From Minisyncoccota bacterium (lineage in GTDB: Bacteria > Patescibacteriota > Minisyncoccia > Phycocordibacterales > UBA9973): a DNA stretch of 64,000 bases. The stretch's first letter is position 1. Each line of letters starts with the position of its first letter. A program made the translations under genes and the position numbers. Location: NCBI GenBank assembly GCA_036169735.1, contig JAVHNX010000036.1, positions 13,681-77,680 of the forward strand, read 5' to 3'. The notes beneath the pieces were generated by a model that was not told where the DNA came from, made no database searches, and was given only the letters and a program-made list of their open reading frames with translations. Below, piece by piece: positions 1-7,189 of the stretch.

Positions 1-147
1 GGTTTTCTTTTTGTAAAAGCTCGTGGTAACCCTGGAGAAATTGAAGTAGCCAAAAAATCTCTACTTTATACAGTTATAGGTGCAGCAATTCTTTTAGGGG
101 CATGGGCAATTGCTCAGATTATAACGAATACAATACTGGCACTTTAA
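1..147 (+). CDS. VirB2/TrbC pilin-like small membrane protein, 5'-truncated at window edge (paralog 1 of 4)
   Basis: Frame 1 is open from the window edge to TAA at 145-147. The C-terminal hydrophobic helix ...AKKSLLYTVIGAAILLGAWAIAQIITNTILAL has the same architecture as the C-termini of the next three ORFs. Confidence 0.4.
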   Translation, partial: GFLFVKARGNPGEIEVAKKSLLYTVIGAAILLGAWAIAQIITNTILAL

Positions 148-194
148 TTTTTATAAGCTAATCTATTTATATCAACAGTATTTTATTAAACCAA

Positions 195-581
195 ATGAAA
201 AATTTTAAAAAACTTTCTTCAATAATTTTTGTCACTTCCTTTATTTTACCGATTGTTTCTTTTGCTCAAACCACAACTGTTGCCAGTTGTACCTTGGTAC
301 CAAATCCTAAATTTGGTGATTTACTAAATTTTGTTACTTGTAATATATCCAGATCAGTTATTCCTCTTGTGTTTGCTTTGGCTGTGGCTGCTTTCATTTG
401 GGGAGTAGTTCAGTATGTTATTTTGGGTGCTGAAGAAGAGTCAAAAAGAGCAAAAGGTCGACAGTTTATGATATGGGGTCTTATTGCTTTGGCCGTGATG
501 GTTTCGATATGGGGCCTTGTGGCTATCATTGGAAATACTTTCGGTATAGACAACGCTATTCCACAACTTCAGACCCATTAA
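195..581 (+). CDS. Small secreted two-helix membrane protein, TrbC/VirB2 pilin-like (paralog 2)
   Basis: Signal peptide MKNFKKLSSIIFVTSFILPIVSFA, then two hydrophobic helices separated by a short charged loop (GAEEESKRAKGRQ); conserved Cys; about 100-aa mature size, typical of T4SS pilin subunits. Confidence 0.45.
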   Translation: MKNFKKLSSIIFVTSFILPIVSFAQTTTVASCTLVPNPKFGDLLNFVTCNISRSVIPLVFALAVAAFIWGVVQYVILGAEEESKRAKGRQFMIWGLIALAVMVSIWGLVAIIGNTFGIDNAIPQLQTH

Positions 582-736
582 TATTTGCTTTTGAGGTTTT
601 TGTTGTTATAATTAAATTACCCTAATATTTAGGAAAGTTATAAAAGGTCGCTTTAAATTATCAATTATTATTAATTAAAAATTAAGTGTGTCGCGTCTTA
701 ATTGACGTTTACGCGACATGTTTTCGAAAAAACAAT

Positions 737-1099
737 ATGAAAAATAAATTAATTCCATTAGTCGCTTTTGGTTTAGTCTTAGCTCCTTTTGCTTTCGCTG
801 TAAATACAGTGGGTGGTATCATTATTACAATCGGAGGTCTTCTTAATACTGTAGTACCTATTCTTATTACTCTAGCCGTTATCTATTTCATCTGGGGAGT
901 TGTTTCTTATGTTCTTGCAAAAGAAGAAGAAGCTAAAACAGCCGGAAGAGATAAAATGATCTACGGTCTTATCGGTCTAGTAGTTATCGTTGGTATGTGG
1001 GGTCTAGTTGGTATTATTGCTAATACTTTCGGTATCGGTGTTGGTGGTGGCTCACAGGGCATTACTGCTCCTTGTATCCCAGGAACAATCGGTTGTTAA
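737..1099 (+). CDS. Small secreted two-helix membrane protein, TrbC/VirB2 pilin-like (paralog 3)
   Basis: Start trimmed from ORF-track 686 to the Met opening signal peptide MKNKLIPLVAFGLVLAPFAFA. Two TM helices with charged loop AKEEEAKTAGRDK. C-terminal motif WGLVGIIANTFGI parallels WGLVAIIGNTFGI of paralog 2. Confidence 0.45.
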   Translation: MKNKLIPLVAFGLVLAPFAFAVNTVGGIIITIGGLLNTVVPILITLAVIYFIWGVVSYVLAKEEEAKTAGRDKMIYGLIGLVVIVGMWGLVGIIANTFGIGVGGGSQGITAPCIPGTIGC

Positions 1100-1119
1100 T
1101 CTAATTACTTAAAAAATTA

Positions 1120-1488
1120 ATGAATTTTTTCTTTACAAATGTCGCTTATGCCGCTGGTGAGAGTCTGGATAAATTTATCCAGAACGTCAACAACCTGATT
1201 ATCAATCCGCTAATCGTTTTACTTTTTGCTTTAGCTTTAGCTTATTTTCTTTGGGGAGTATTTGTCTTTATTTCTAATCAAGACAATGAAGAAAAGAAAA
1301 CAACAGGGAAAAGTCACATGGTTTATGGGTTGATAGGGATTACGATTATGATGGGAGTCTGGACTATTCTTTCAATTGTTATGAATACTCTAAACATCTC
1401 CACAACAGAGATCAATCCTAGTACAGGTAAAGTTGATTTAGGTAATTACAATCCTCCGGCAGGGAGTGGTGAGTTGAAGATAAATTAA
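1120..1488 (+). CDS. Divergent pilin-like two-helix membrane protein (paralog 4)
   Basis: Same helix - charged loop (NQDNEEKKTTGKS) - helix layout, conserved Y/WGLIG motif, very short N-terminal leader, longer hydrophilic tail. Confidence 0.35.
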   Translation: MNFFFTNVAYAAGESLDKFIQNVNNLIINPLIVLLFALALAYFLWGVFVFISNQDNEEKKTTGKSHMVYGLIGITIMMGVWTILSIVMNTLNISTTEINPSTGKVDLGNYNPPAGSGELKIN

Positions 1489-1497
1489 ATTAAAATA

Positions 1498-1534
1498 AAA
1501 AAAGCCGTTCACAATTTGTGAACGGCTTTTTGTT
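1498..1534 (+). terminator. Rho-independent terminator after pilin-like gene array
   Basis: Hairpin agccgttcacaatttgtgaacggct followed by a T-run. Confidence 0.6.
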
Positions 1535-1561
1535 TGCATCGGGCAATGCGATATTATACCC

Positions 1562-2179
1562 TCAATTTAATACTTCTACTCCATAATTACTTGGTTCACC
1601 TTGGCAGACTGAAAACCAGCCTGCAAGTTGGCGACCCATGTTTAGGACTTCACCTGGTTTTAATTCCCATGTAGTCCCTGATGGAGATTTTATAATTATT
1701 TTTCCACCCTTAGGGTAAAATGCAGTTTCACTTTTTAAATAAACTGAAATACATTTTACACTGGCAGAAAACTTATAAAATACTTTTTTTGCTTCTTGTT
1801 TTTCTATTGTTTGTATTGCTGGTGTACCATGACTGCTGTGCGCAAAACGGGGTATTGTGTAATTCAAACCAATCAATACAATAATAATCAAAACTGCGAA
1901 AAACAAAAAATCTTTAAAAAAGATTAATACAATTAAAACAATTGCATTGGTAACCCAAAAGAATAAAGGAAAACCATACCATGCGTGCCAAAGTAGAGGG
2001 CACTGCAATTGCATGTAGATTATTCCTAATATGTAGAATATTATAAACAGTCCATTTTTTTTGAACCATCCCAATTCTACTTTTACTTTTATCTTACCGC
2101 CTTTTTTAATTAACGAGATAACAAAAATTAATACAACAAAAGCTACTATGCCTAAGGCAATTTCTAAAATTATTTCCAT
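1562..2179 (-). CDS. Polytopic membrane protein, possible NfeD-like partner of the adjacent SPFH protein
   Basis: 205-aa ORF with several hydrophobic segments and a C-terminal soluble beta-rich segment (SPSGTTWELKPGEVLN). Start overlaps the upstream SPFH gene stop by 1 nt (ATGA). Ends with TGA. Confidence 0.3.
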   Translation of the reverse strand: MEIILEIALGIVAFVVLIFVISLIKKGGKIKVKVELGWFKKNGLFIIFYILGIIYMQLQCPLLWHAWYGFPLFFWVTNAIVLIVLIFFKDFLFFAVLIIIVLIGLNYTIPRFAHSSHGTPAIQTIEKQEAKKVFYKFSASVKCISVYLKSETAFYPKGGKIIIKSPSGTTWELKPGEVLNMGRQLAGWFSVCQGEPSNYGVEVLN

Positions 2180-3255
2180 TATTTTCCCTCCTTTTTAGTT
2201 TCATCACCATCAACATTGATGGTGGATATTACATTAGATCCAAGGACACGTATCTGTGTCTCTTTCACTTGTTCCAAATTCATAAACGGGATTATCCCAG
2301 GATTTTTCTTTGCAACTTTACTCATCTCATCAAAGCGGTGTGCTTCAGCTTCTGTCGTAAGTATTTGTGCATCTTTTGCAAACTTAGCGCTGTCAATCAA
2401 GGCCTTGCCTTCAGAATTGGTTTTAATTTCCAAAATCTTGGCTGCGGTCTCTGATCTCGTAATCAGAGCTTTTCCTTCGTTTTCCGCTATTAAATTTTCA
2501 GCAAGCGATTTATCTACTTCTTCATTTGCTGGACCTTTGCTTATGCCATAGTTTGCAAGTTTCATGCTATCAACCTCTATTCCTAGAGTTCTTGATGTGG
2601 TTTCATTAATGGATTCAGTAATTTGTCTGATAAAATCAGAATCTTTACTTGTTTTATCCGCTTTTTCAAACGCATCCCATTCTTTATTTCTCACAAAATT
2701 ATTAACAGCTGTTTCTATGTCAGCTGAAGCTTTGTAGATTGTGATTCCATCAGGTTGTGAGAGAAAGAGCAGTTTGGTAATATTCATTACCTTAAACCTA
2801 AACTTTAGATCTAAATCTATTTTAATTTCACCACCCAATAATTCAACTTCCTTTACTATGATTCTAAAGTCATAGAGATGCTTGAAAGATGTATGTTCTT
2901 CAAATTGTTCATCATTTTGATAAACTTTAAATTTCAAGATTTCATTAATTGGACTTAACCCCAAATAGGTCATACCAAGTTTTTCAAACAAATAACCTAA
3001 ATTTTGTGGTCTGCATATGAAGTTTCCTTCGTTGTCTTTGCATTCCTTCCAGTTTCCTTCTTTGTCATAGAAACCATTTTTGGAATTAAATAATAAGTTT
3101 ACAACGTTCTTTCCCTTTACAACACCTTTACCAGTTTCTTTTGTAAGTTCTGTAAAGTGAGTGTCATTTTTTCCCAATTGCTTTAAAAGCAAAGTAAAGC
3201 CAAAACCAATTAGCGACAATATCGCTAAGATGGCAAATGTAATTAGTGCTGTCAT
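2179..3255 (-). CDS. SPFH/band-7 (stomatin/prohibitin/flotillin-like) membrane protein
   Basis: N-terminal TM anchor (ALITFAILAILSLIGFGFTLLL). Region GIEVDSMKLANYGISKGP...AENEGKALITRSETAAKILEIKTNSEGKALIDSA resembles the SPFH-domain core with its A/E-rich helical tail. Confidence 0.5.
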   Translation of the reverse strand: MTALITFAILAILSLIGFGFTLLLKQLGKNDTHFTELTKETGKGVVKGKNVVNLLFNSKNGFYDKEGNWKECKDNEGNFICRPQNLGYLFEKLGMTYLGLSPINEILKFKVYQNDEQFEEHTSFKHLYDFRIIVKEVELLGGEIKIDLDLKFRFKVMNITKLLFLSQPDGITIYKASADIETAVNNFVRNKEWDAFEKADKTSKDSDFIRQITESINETTSRTLGIEVDSMKLANYGISKGPANEEVDKSLAENLIAENEGKALITRSETAAKILEIKTNSEGKALIDSAKFAKDAQILTTEAEAHRFDEMSKVAKKNPGIIPFMNLEQVKETQIRVLGSNVISTINVDGDETKKEGK

Positions 3256-3293
3256 TTTTTGTTTCTCCTTTTTATTTTTGGTTAGTTTAATTA

Positions 3294-3360
3294 ATAGTTA
3301 TGTTCAGCGAAACGGCTCAGTATAAAAAGGGGACTGAGCATCTTTGCTGAACATAACTAT
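3294..3360. repeat. Extended two-stem inverted repeat in the 5' region of the SPFH operon
   Basis: atagttatgttcagc...gctgaacataactat (15-bp arms) enclosing inner stem gctcagt...actgagc. It lies between the IPT/TIG gene end and the SPFH gene start on the minus strand. Confidence 0.5.
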
Positions 3361-3427
3361 TTCTCTAACCTGTTTTCAAACAACTTATTATGGATAAAGT
3401 ATAGCATATATAAGCAAAAAAGTCAAC

Positions 3428-3456
3428 CATGTTGGGCTGACTTTTTTGCATTATTT
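3428..3456 (-). terminator. Putative terminator of IPT/TIG gene
   Basis: Minus-strand hairpin agtcagcc caacatg gttgact flanked by A/T runs directly after the stop at 3467. Confidence 0.35.
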
Positions 3457-3466
3457 AAGGGTGTTA

Positions 3467-4213
3467 TTAAGCGTGTTTTAAAGGAGTATGTTTTTTGTCT
3501 TCTTTAACAAAAGCTTTTCTGGCAAATATTACTATCAGTAGAACTAAGGTTAAAAGTAGAAGCCATCCGATTAAACTTGAAGGCATTAAACCGTTTGTTC
3601 CAAACAGTGCGTTGGCCATAAGACTACTACTAGAATCTGTTGATTTGGTTGTACTTTTAGCAACAGTTGTTTTCTTTACCACCTTTGCTGTTGTTACAGT
3701 CGTTGCAGTTGTTGTAGTTGTCGATTTTGCGACAGAAGCTTTGTTTAGTTGGAATATGGCGGAATTTGACATTCCACCTCCTGGTAGAGGATTAAAGACT
3801 GTTATTGTGTAAGCACCTAATCCAGACATATCTGATGGGGTAAGGGTTGTTGTAATTTTATTTGAGTTTACAAAAGTTGTTGCTCTTTCTTCACCGTTCC
3901 ATTTAGCAACTGATCCAAATGAAAAGTTGGTTCCTATGATTGTTACAACAGTAGCAGCTTTACTTGAAACTGCAGAATCAGGGCTGATTGAATTTATGGT
4001 TGGAACTAAATTGACTGTTGGCGTGGGTGTTGCTGTTGTGGGTGTATTAATATCACCTACATAGGAATATCCATTGTAGTAACTACCAGCTCCGCCGTCA
4101 TAAGAAAAGCCACCATAAGCATTAGCTTTTAAGGGTAAAACTAGGATACTGAAAACAAATATACCTAATACCCCTAAAGTCTTTATTATTAAGTTGTTAG
4201 TTGTTTTATTCAT
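3467..4213 (-). CDS. Cell-surface protein with IPT/TIG domain, Thr-rich linker and C-terminal TM anchor
   Basis: Signal peptide ...VLPLKANA. Segment PTINSISPDSAVSSKAATVVTIIGTNFSFGSVAKWNGEERATTFVNSNKITTTLTPS...YTITVFNPLPGGGMSNSAIFQ matches the IPT/TIG fold pattern. Poly-Thr stretch, then hydrophobic helix GWLLLLTLVLLIVIF and basic tail. Start trimmed to MNKTTNN. Confidence 0.5.
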   Translation of the reverse strand: MNKTTNNLIIKTLGVLGIFVFSILVLPLKANAYGGFSYDGGAGSYYNGYSYVGDINTPTTATPTPTVNLVPTINSISPDSAVSSKAATVVTIIGTNFSFGSVAKWNGEERATTFVNSNKITTTLTPSDMSGLGAYTITVFNPLPGGGMSNSAIFQLNKASVAKSTTTTTATTVTTAKVVKKTTVAKSTTKSTDSSSSLMANALFGTNGLMPSSLIGWLLLLTLVLLIVIFARKAFVKEDKKHTPLKHA

Positions 4214-4263
4214 ATAAGTCAAGTATACCATATATAAATCTAAAAGTCAAGCTTATTAAAGCT

Positions 4264-4345
4264 TATAAACATTGTGCCGGGAGGGAGACTCGAACTCCCA
4301 AGGGTTGCCCCACTAGTTCCTAAGACTAGCGCGTATACCAATTCC
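4264..4345 (-). tRNA. tRNA-Leu (anticodon TAG)
   Basis: Cloverleaf in reverse complement: acceptor GCCGGGA/TCCCGGC, anticodon stem-loop CTAGT-CTTAGGA-ACTAG, long variable arm, T-arm GGGAGTTCGAGTCTCCC. No encoded CCA. Confidence 0.85.
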
Positions 4346-4434
4346 GCCATCCCGGCATTTTTTCGATTACTATATAGAATAGCTTTCTTTTGATAATAAA
4401 TCAAACACGAGAGTAAGAAAAAATTTTTTAAATG

Positions 4435-4488
4435 CACACATAAAATTCTGCTGAATTTTTGCTCTGCTCGGCTCGTCAGCCTGCGCAA
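4435..4488 (-). repeat. Conserved ~55-nt element (copy 1) in tRNA-Lys/tRNA-Leu spacer, homologous to mnmA leader element
   Basis: Minus-strand TTGCGCAGGCTGACGAGCCGAGCAGAGCAAAAATTCAGCAGAATTTTATGTGTG is about 85 percent identical to 28823-28877. Small hairpin ggct-gacg-agcc versus ggcc-gaccg-ggcc shows a compensatory change. The spacer is bracketed by cacacgagag...ctctcgtgt. Confidence 0.5.
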
Positions 4489-4521
4489 GGCATTTTAAAA
4501 ACATTTTCTTTCTCTCGTGTG

Positions 4522-4595
4522 TGCACCCAGGAGGGATCGAACCTCCGACATTCTCCTTAAGAGGGAGCTACTCTACCAGCTGAGTTATGGGTGCA
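4522..4595 (-). tRNA. tRNA-Lys (anticodon CTT)
   Basis: Reverse complement GCACCCATAACTCAGCTGGTAGAGTAGCTCCCTCTTAAGGAGAATGTCGGAGGTTCGATCCCTCCTGGGTGCA; anticodon loop CTCTTAA. Confidence 0.8.
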
Positions 4596-4659
4596 TAAAA
4601 ACAAATATAAAAACTTACTTTCTACTTTAACATATTTATTTTATTTTCAATATGTCTTG

Positions 4660-4741
4660 TGCCCGGAGTGGGGGTCGAACCCACATCCCTTGCGAGACAC
4701 GATTTTAAGTCGTGCGCGTATACCAATTCCGCCATCCGGGC
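4660..4741 (-). tRNA. tRNA-Leu (anticodon TAA)
   Basis: Reverse complement has acceptor GCCCGGA/TCCGGGC, anticodon stem-loop CACGA-CTTAAAA-TCGTG, long variable arm, T-arm GGGTTCGACCCCC. Confidence 0.85.
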
Positions 4742-4782
4742 AAATTATAATTTAATATGATTCTTTTTTCAAATTACACTTG

Positions 4783-4855
4783 AGGCCTGGGGCGGAATCG
4801 AACCGCCGTATATTCCTTTTGCAGAGGAATGCCTTACCACTTGGCTACCAGGCCG
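4783..4855 (-). tRNA. tRNA-Cys (anticodon GCA)
   Basis: Reverse complement GGCCTGGTAGCCAAGTGGTAAGGCATTCCTCTGCAAAAGGAATATACGGCGGTTCGATTCCGCCCCAGGCCT; anticodon loop CTGCAAA; discriminator U. Confidence 0.85.
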
Positions 4856-4882
4856 TAGGCGCACAACTAACGCCTATCTATC

Positions 4883-5206
4883 TTACTTTTCTCGAAGCAG
4901 TTCGTCAATTCTTTGTCTATTTTTTTCTCCTTTATCTATCTCAATATCAATAAATGGGATTGTTTTTACTTCCATATTCTTTTTCAAGAAGTCTCGTAGG
5001 TCTGCTCTTCTGCGTTTTGCGAATTCCAATGCCAGCTTCTCTTTTGATTCAGGGAGCACAGTGATAAATATAGTTGCACGTTTCATGTCAGGGGAGGTGT
5101 TGCATGAAGTAACAGTTATGAGTGAGGTATTATTGTTCTCGCGTGCCAAAAACTGAGCAGCAAGCTCTTTTACAAATTGTGCTATTTTTTCATTTCGTGG
5201 AATCAT
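4883..5206 (-). CDS. rbfA: Ribosome-binding factor A
   Basis: 107-aa protein directly downstream of infB. KH-like RbfA pattern (...SLITVTSCNTSPDMKRATIFITVL...). Confidence 0.75.
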   Translation of the reverse strand: MIPRNEKIAQFVKELAAQFLARENNNTSLITVTSCNTSPDMKRATIFITVLPESKEKLALEFAKRRRADLRDFLKKNMEVKTIPFIDIEIDKGEKNRQRIDELLREK

Positions 5207-5207
5207 A

Positions 5208-6704
5208 TTATTTTTGTGTTATTGAAAACGACTCAAGAATGTCTCCTGCTACTATCTCAATCTTTGATTCGATCATAGTACCAAATTCTGAACCTTCTTC
5301 TACTTTGTTTGTTTTTGATTTGAATTTCTCTAGGTTTACGATTCTACCTTTACCTATTTCAAACTCACGACGAATTATTTTAACTGTTTCACCAAGAGAG
5401 ATATTTCCTTCAGTAACTTTTCCTCCGACAACTTGGCGTTCCTTGGTACGGCTGAAAGCTTTGATTATCTTAGCTCGTCCGGTAACTTCGATTGTTTCTA
5501 CTCTAGGGCGTCTCTTTTCCATTTCTTCTGTCAACCATTCTGTCATTTTGTAAATGATATCGAAAAATAGAATTGGAATGTTTTGCTTTATAGCTAAGTC
5601 ATTGGCACCTCTGTCTGCTTTTACATTAAACCCGATTACAATGATTTCTGAACCCTGGGATGATTTAATATCGGACTCAGTAATAGGTCCGACACCTTTC
5701 TGGATTATTTTGAATTCTGCACCTTCACTTTGTATTTTTTTTATTTCTTTTTCGATTGCTTCAATAGATCCCATGACATCTGCACGCAAAACTATTGGAA
5801 TCATTTTTTTATCACTTATTTCTCTCTTTTCATTTTTGGTTATTTTTTTATTTAATATTTCTTTTGCGTATTCTTCAGCATCACCTTTCTTTTCGAAAGC
5901 TTTAAACATTGCTCCAACTTTTGGAACTTTACTAAAGCCAACTAGTCGAACAGGGGATGAAAATGTGGCATCTTTAACCATTTTGCCTAAAAAGTTTTCC
6001 ATGATGCGAGTAGAACATAAAGCATCTTCCACTGCTACAGTCATACCATTTTTAAGTTTTCCATTTTTAATAATTAAAGTAGCTTGGATTCCTCTTTTTG
6101 GATCTAAGTTTGCTTCGATAACATATCCCGTTGCTCCTTCCTCCGTATTTGCTGTAAATTCTTCCATCTCAGCTATAAGAAGAATTAGAGTTAAAAGATT
6201 ATCTACGCCAGTACCAACTTTTGCAGAAATCTCAGCGACAGGTGTCTTGCCTCCGTATCCTTCAACATATATTTCATTTTCAGCAAGTTCCATTTTTGTC
6301 TTTTCGATATTAGCAGCTGGTCTATCTATTTTGTTGATAGCAACAATAAATGGAATCTTACTTTCAAGAATTGTTTTGTAAGCTTCTATTGTTTGTGGTT
6401 TTACTCCATCTTCGGCTGAAACAACTAAGATAGCAATATCTGCTGCTTCCGCTCCACGTTCACGCATTTTTGAGAAAGCTTCGTGTCCTGGAGTATCTAA
6501 GAAAGTAATTTTTTTATCTTTACCATGTTCGTCTTTATGAACAACTTCATACGCAGAAATATGCTGAGTAATTCCTCCAGCTTCACGGTCAACAATATTT
6601 GTCTTTCTGATATAGTCCAGCAACGTAGATTTACCATGGTCGATATGACCCATGACTACTACTATCGGTGGACGATCTATTATGTTTTTTATTTTGTTTT
6701 TCAT
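5208..6704 (-). CDS. infB: Translation initiation factor IF-2 (short form lacking N-terminal extension)
   Basis: G-domain motifs [22 protein letters not shown]-terminal beta-barrel domains. Followed by rbfA. Confidence 0.9.
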   Translation of the reverse strand: MKNKIKNIIDRPPIVVVMGHIDHGKSTLLDYIRKTNIVDREAGGITQHISAYEVVHKDEHGKDKKITFLDTPGHEAFSKMRERGAEAADIAILVVSAEDGVKPQTIEAYKTILESKIPFIVAINKIDRPAANIEKTKMELAENEIYVEGYGGKTPVAEISAKVGTGVDNLLTLILLIAEMEEFTANTEEGATGYVIEANLDPKRGIQATLIIKNGKLKNGMTVAVEDALCSTRIMENFLGKMVKDATFSSPVRLVGFSKVPKVGAMFKAFEKKGDAEEYAKEILNKKITKNEKREISDKKMIPIVLRADVMGSIEAIEKEIKKIQSEGAEFKIIQKGVGPITESDIKSSQGSEIIVIGFNVKADRGANDLAIKQNIPILFFDIIYKMTEWLTEEMEKRRPRVETIEVTGRAKIIKAFSRTKERQVVGGKVTEGNISLGETVKIIRREFEIGKGRIVNLEKFKSKTNKVEEGSEFGTMIESKIEIVAGDILESFSITQK

Positions 6705-7165
6705 TATTGTTTAACTTCAGCTTTTTTTAGTATTTCTTTTTCTTCGTTTGTTAATTCGTATTCTGATTTTCCTTTTTTAATAGGCTTAGCAAAAACACTC
6801 ATTCTCTCACGGGAATATAAACTTGAAAGGACTACACCGTCACCGTCCTCGTTTAATAGTCCTATAGCAAAACTTTGGTTGCTGCCTTGATCAGGGAAAG
6901 GGTTGAAACGAACAGTCTCGAGTCCACGAATACTTTTTCTTAATTTTGCATTTATCTCAATAATTTCTTTTTCGTGTTCCTCTTTTATTTTTATTAAGTT
7001 AGCAAGGTCACTTTCTAGTGAAATAATGGTATCCTCTAAATCTTTTGCTTTTTTACCAACAAAAAATCTTTTTAATCTTTTCTCTGTTTTCATAACCCAA
7101 ATAACGCCAACAATGACGTAAATTCCAGTTAAAACAAAAAAAGCGATCTCGAGCTTTATATTCAT
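6704..7165 (-). CDS. DUF4446-like membrane/coiled-coil protein
   Basis: N-terminal TM helix, coiled-coil segment, then RFNPFPDQGSNQSFAIGLLNEDGDGVVLSSLYSRE motif reminiscent of the DUF4446 family. Overlaps infB start by 1 nt. Confidence 0.35.
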   Translation of the reverse strand: MNIKLEIAFFVLTGIYVIVGVIWVMKTEKRLKRFFVGKKAKDLEDTIISLESDLANLIKIKEEHEKEIIEINAKLRKSIRGLETVRFNPFPDQGSNQSFAIGLLNEDGDGVVLSSLYSRERMSVFAKPIKKGKSEYELTNEEKEILKKAEVKQ

Positions 7166-7189
7166 GCCTTTTCAATATATACTATTTTT

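Noticed and set aside
2216-2551. Antisense or overlapping ORFs in the track (e.g. 2216-2551, 3495-3812, 5554-6381, 10396-10716, 16170-17126, 22322-22594, 37507-37848, 44235-44675, 55479-55747, 56592-56849).
   Set aside because: They lie entirely inside well-supported genes on the opposite strand or in another frame. They have low-complexity or biased composition and no start-site context, so they are treated as spurious.
4346-4521. Considered whether the structured spacer in the tRNA operon is SRP (4.5S) RNA or another known small RNA.
   Set aside because: No match to the SRP domain IV consensus (GGUCCGGAAGGAAGCAGCC-like symmetric loop). The same element recurs in an mRNA leader, so it is reported instead as an unclassified conserved element.
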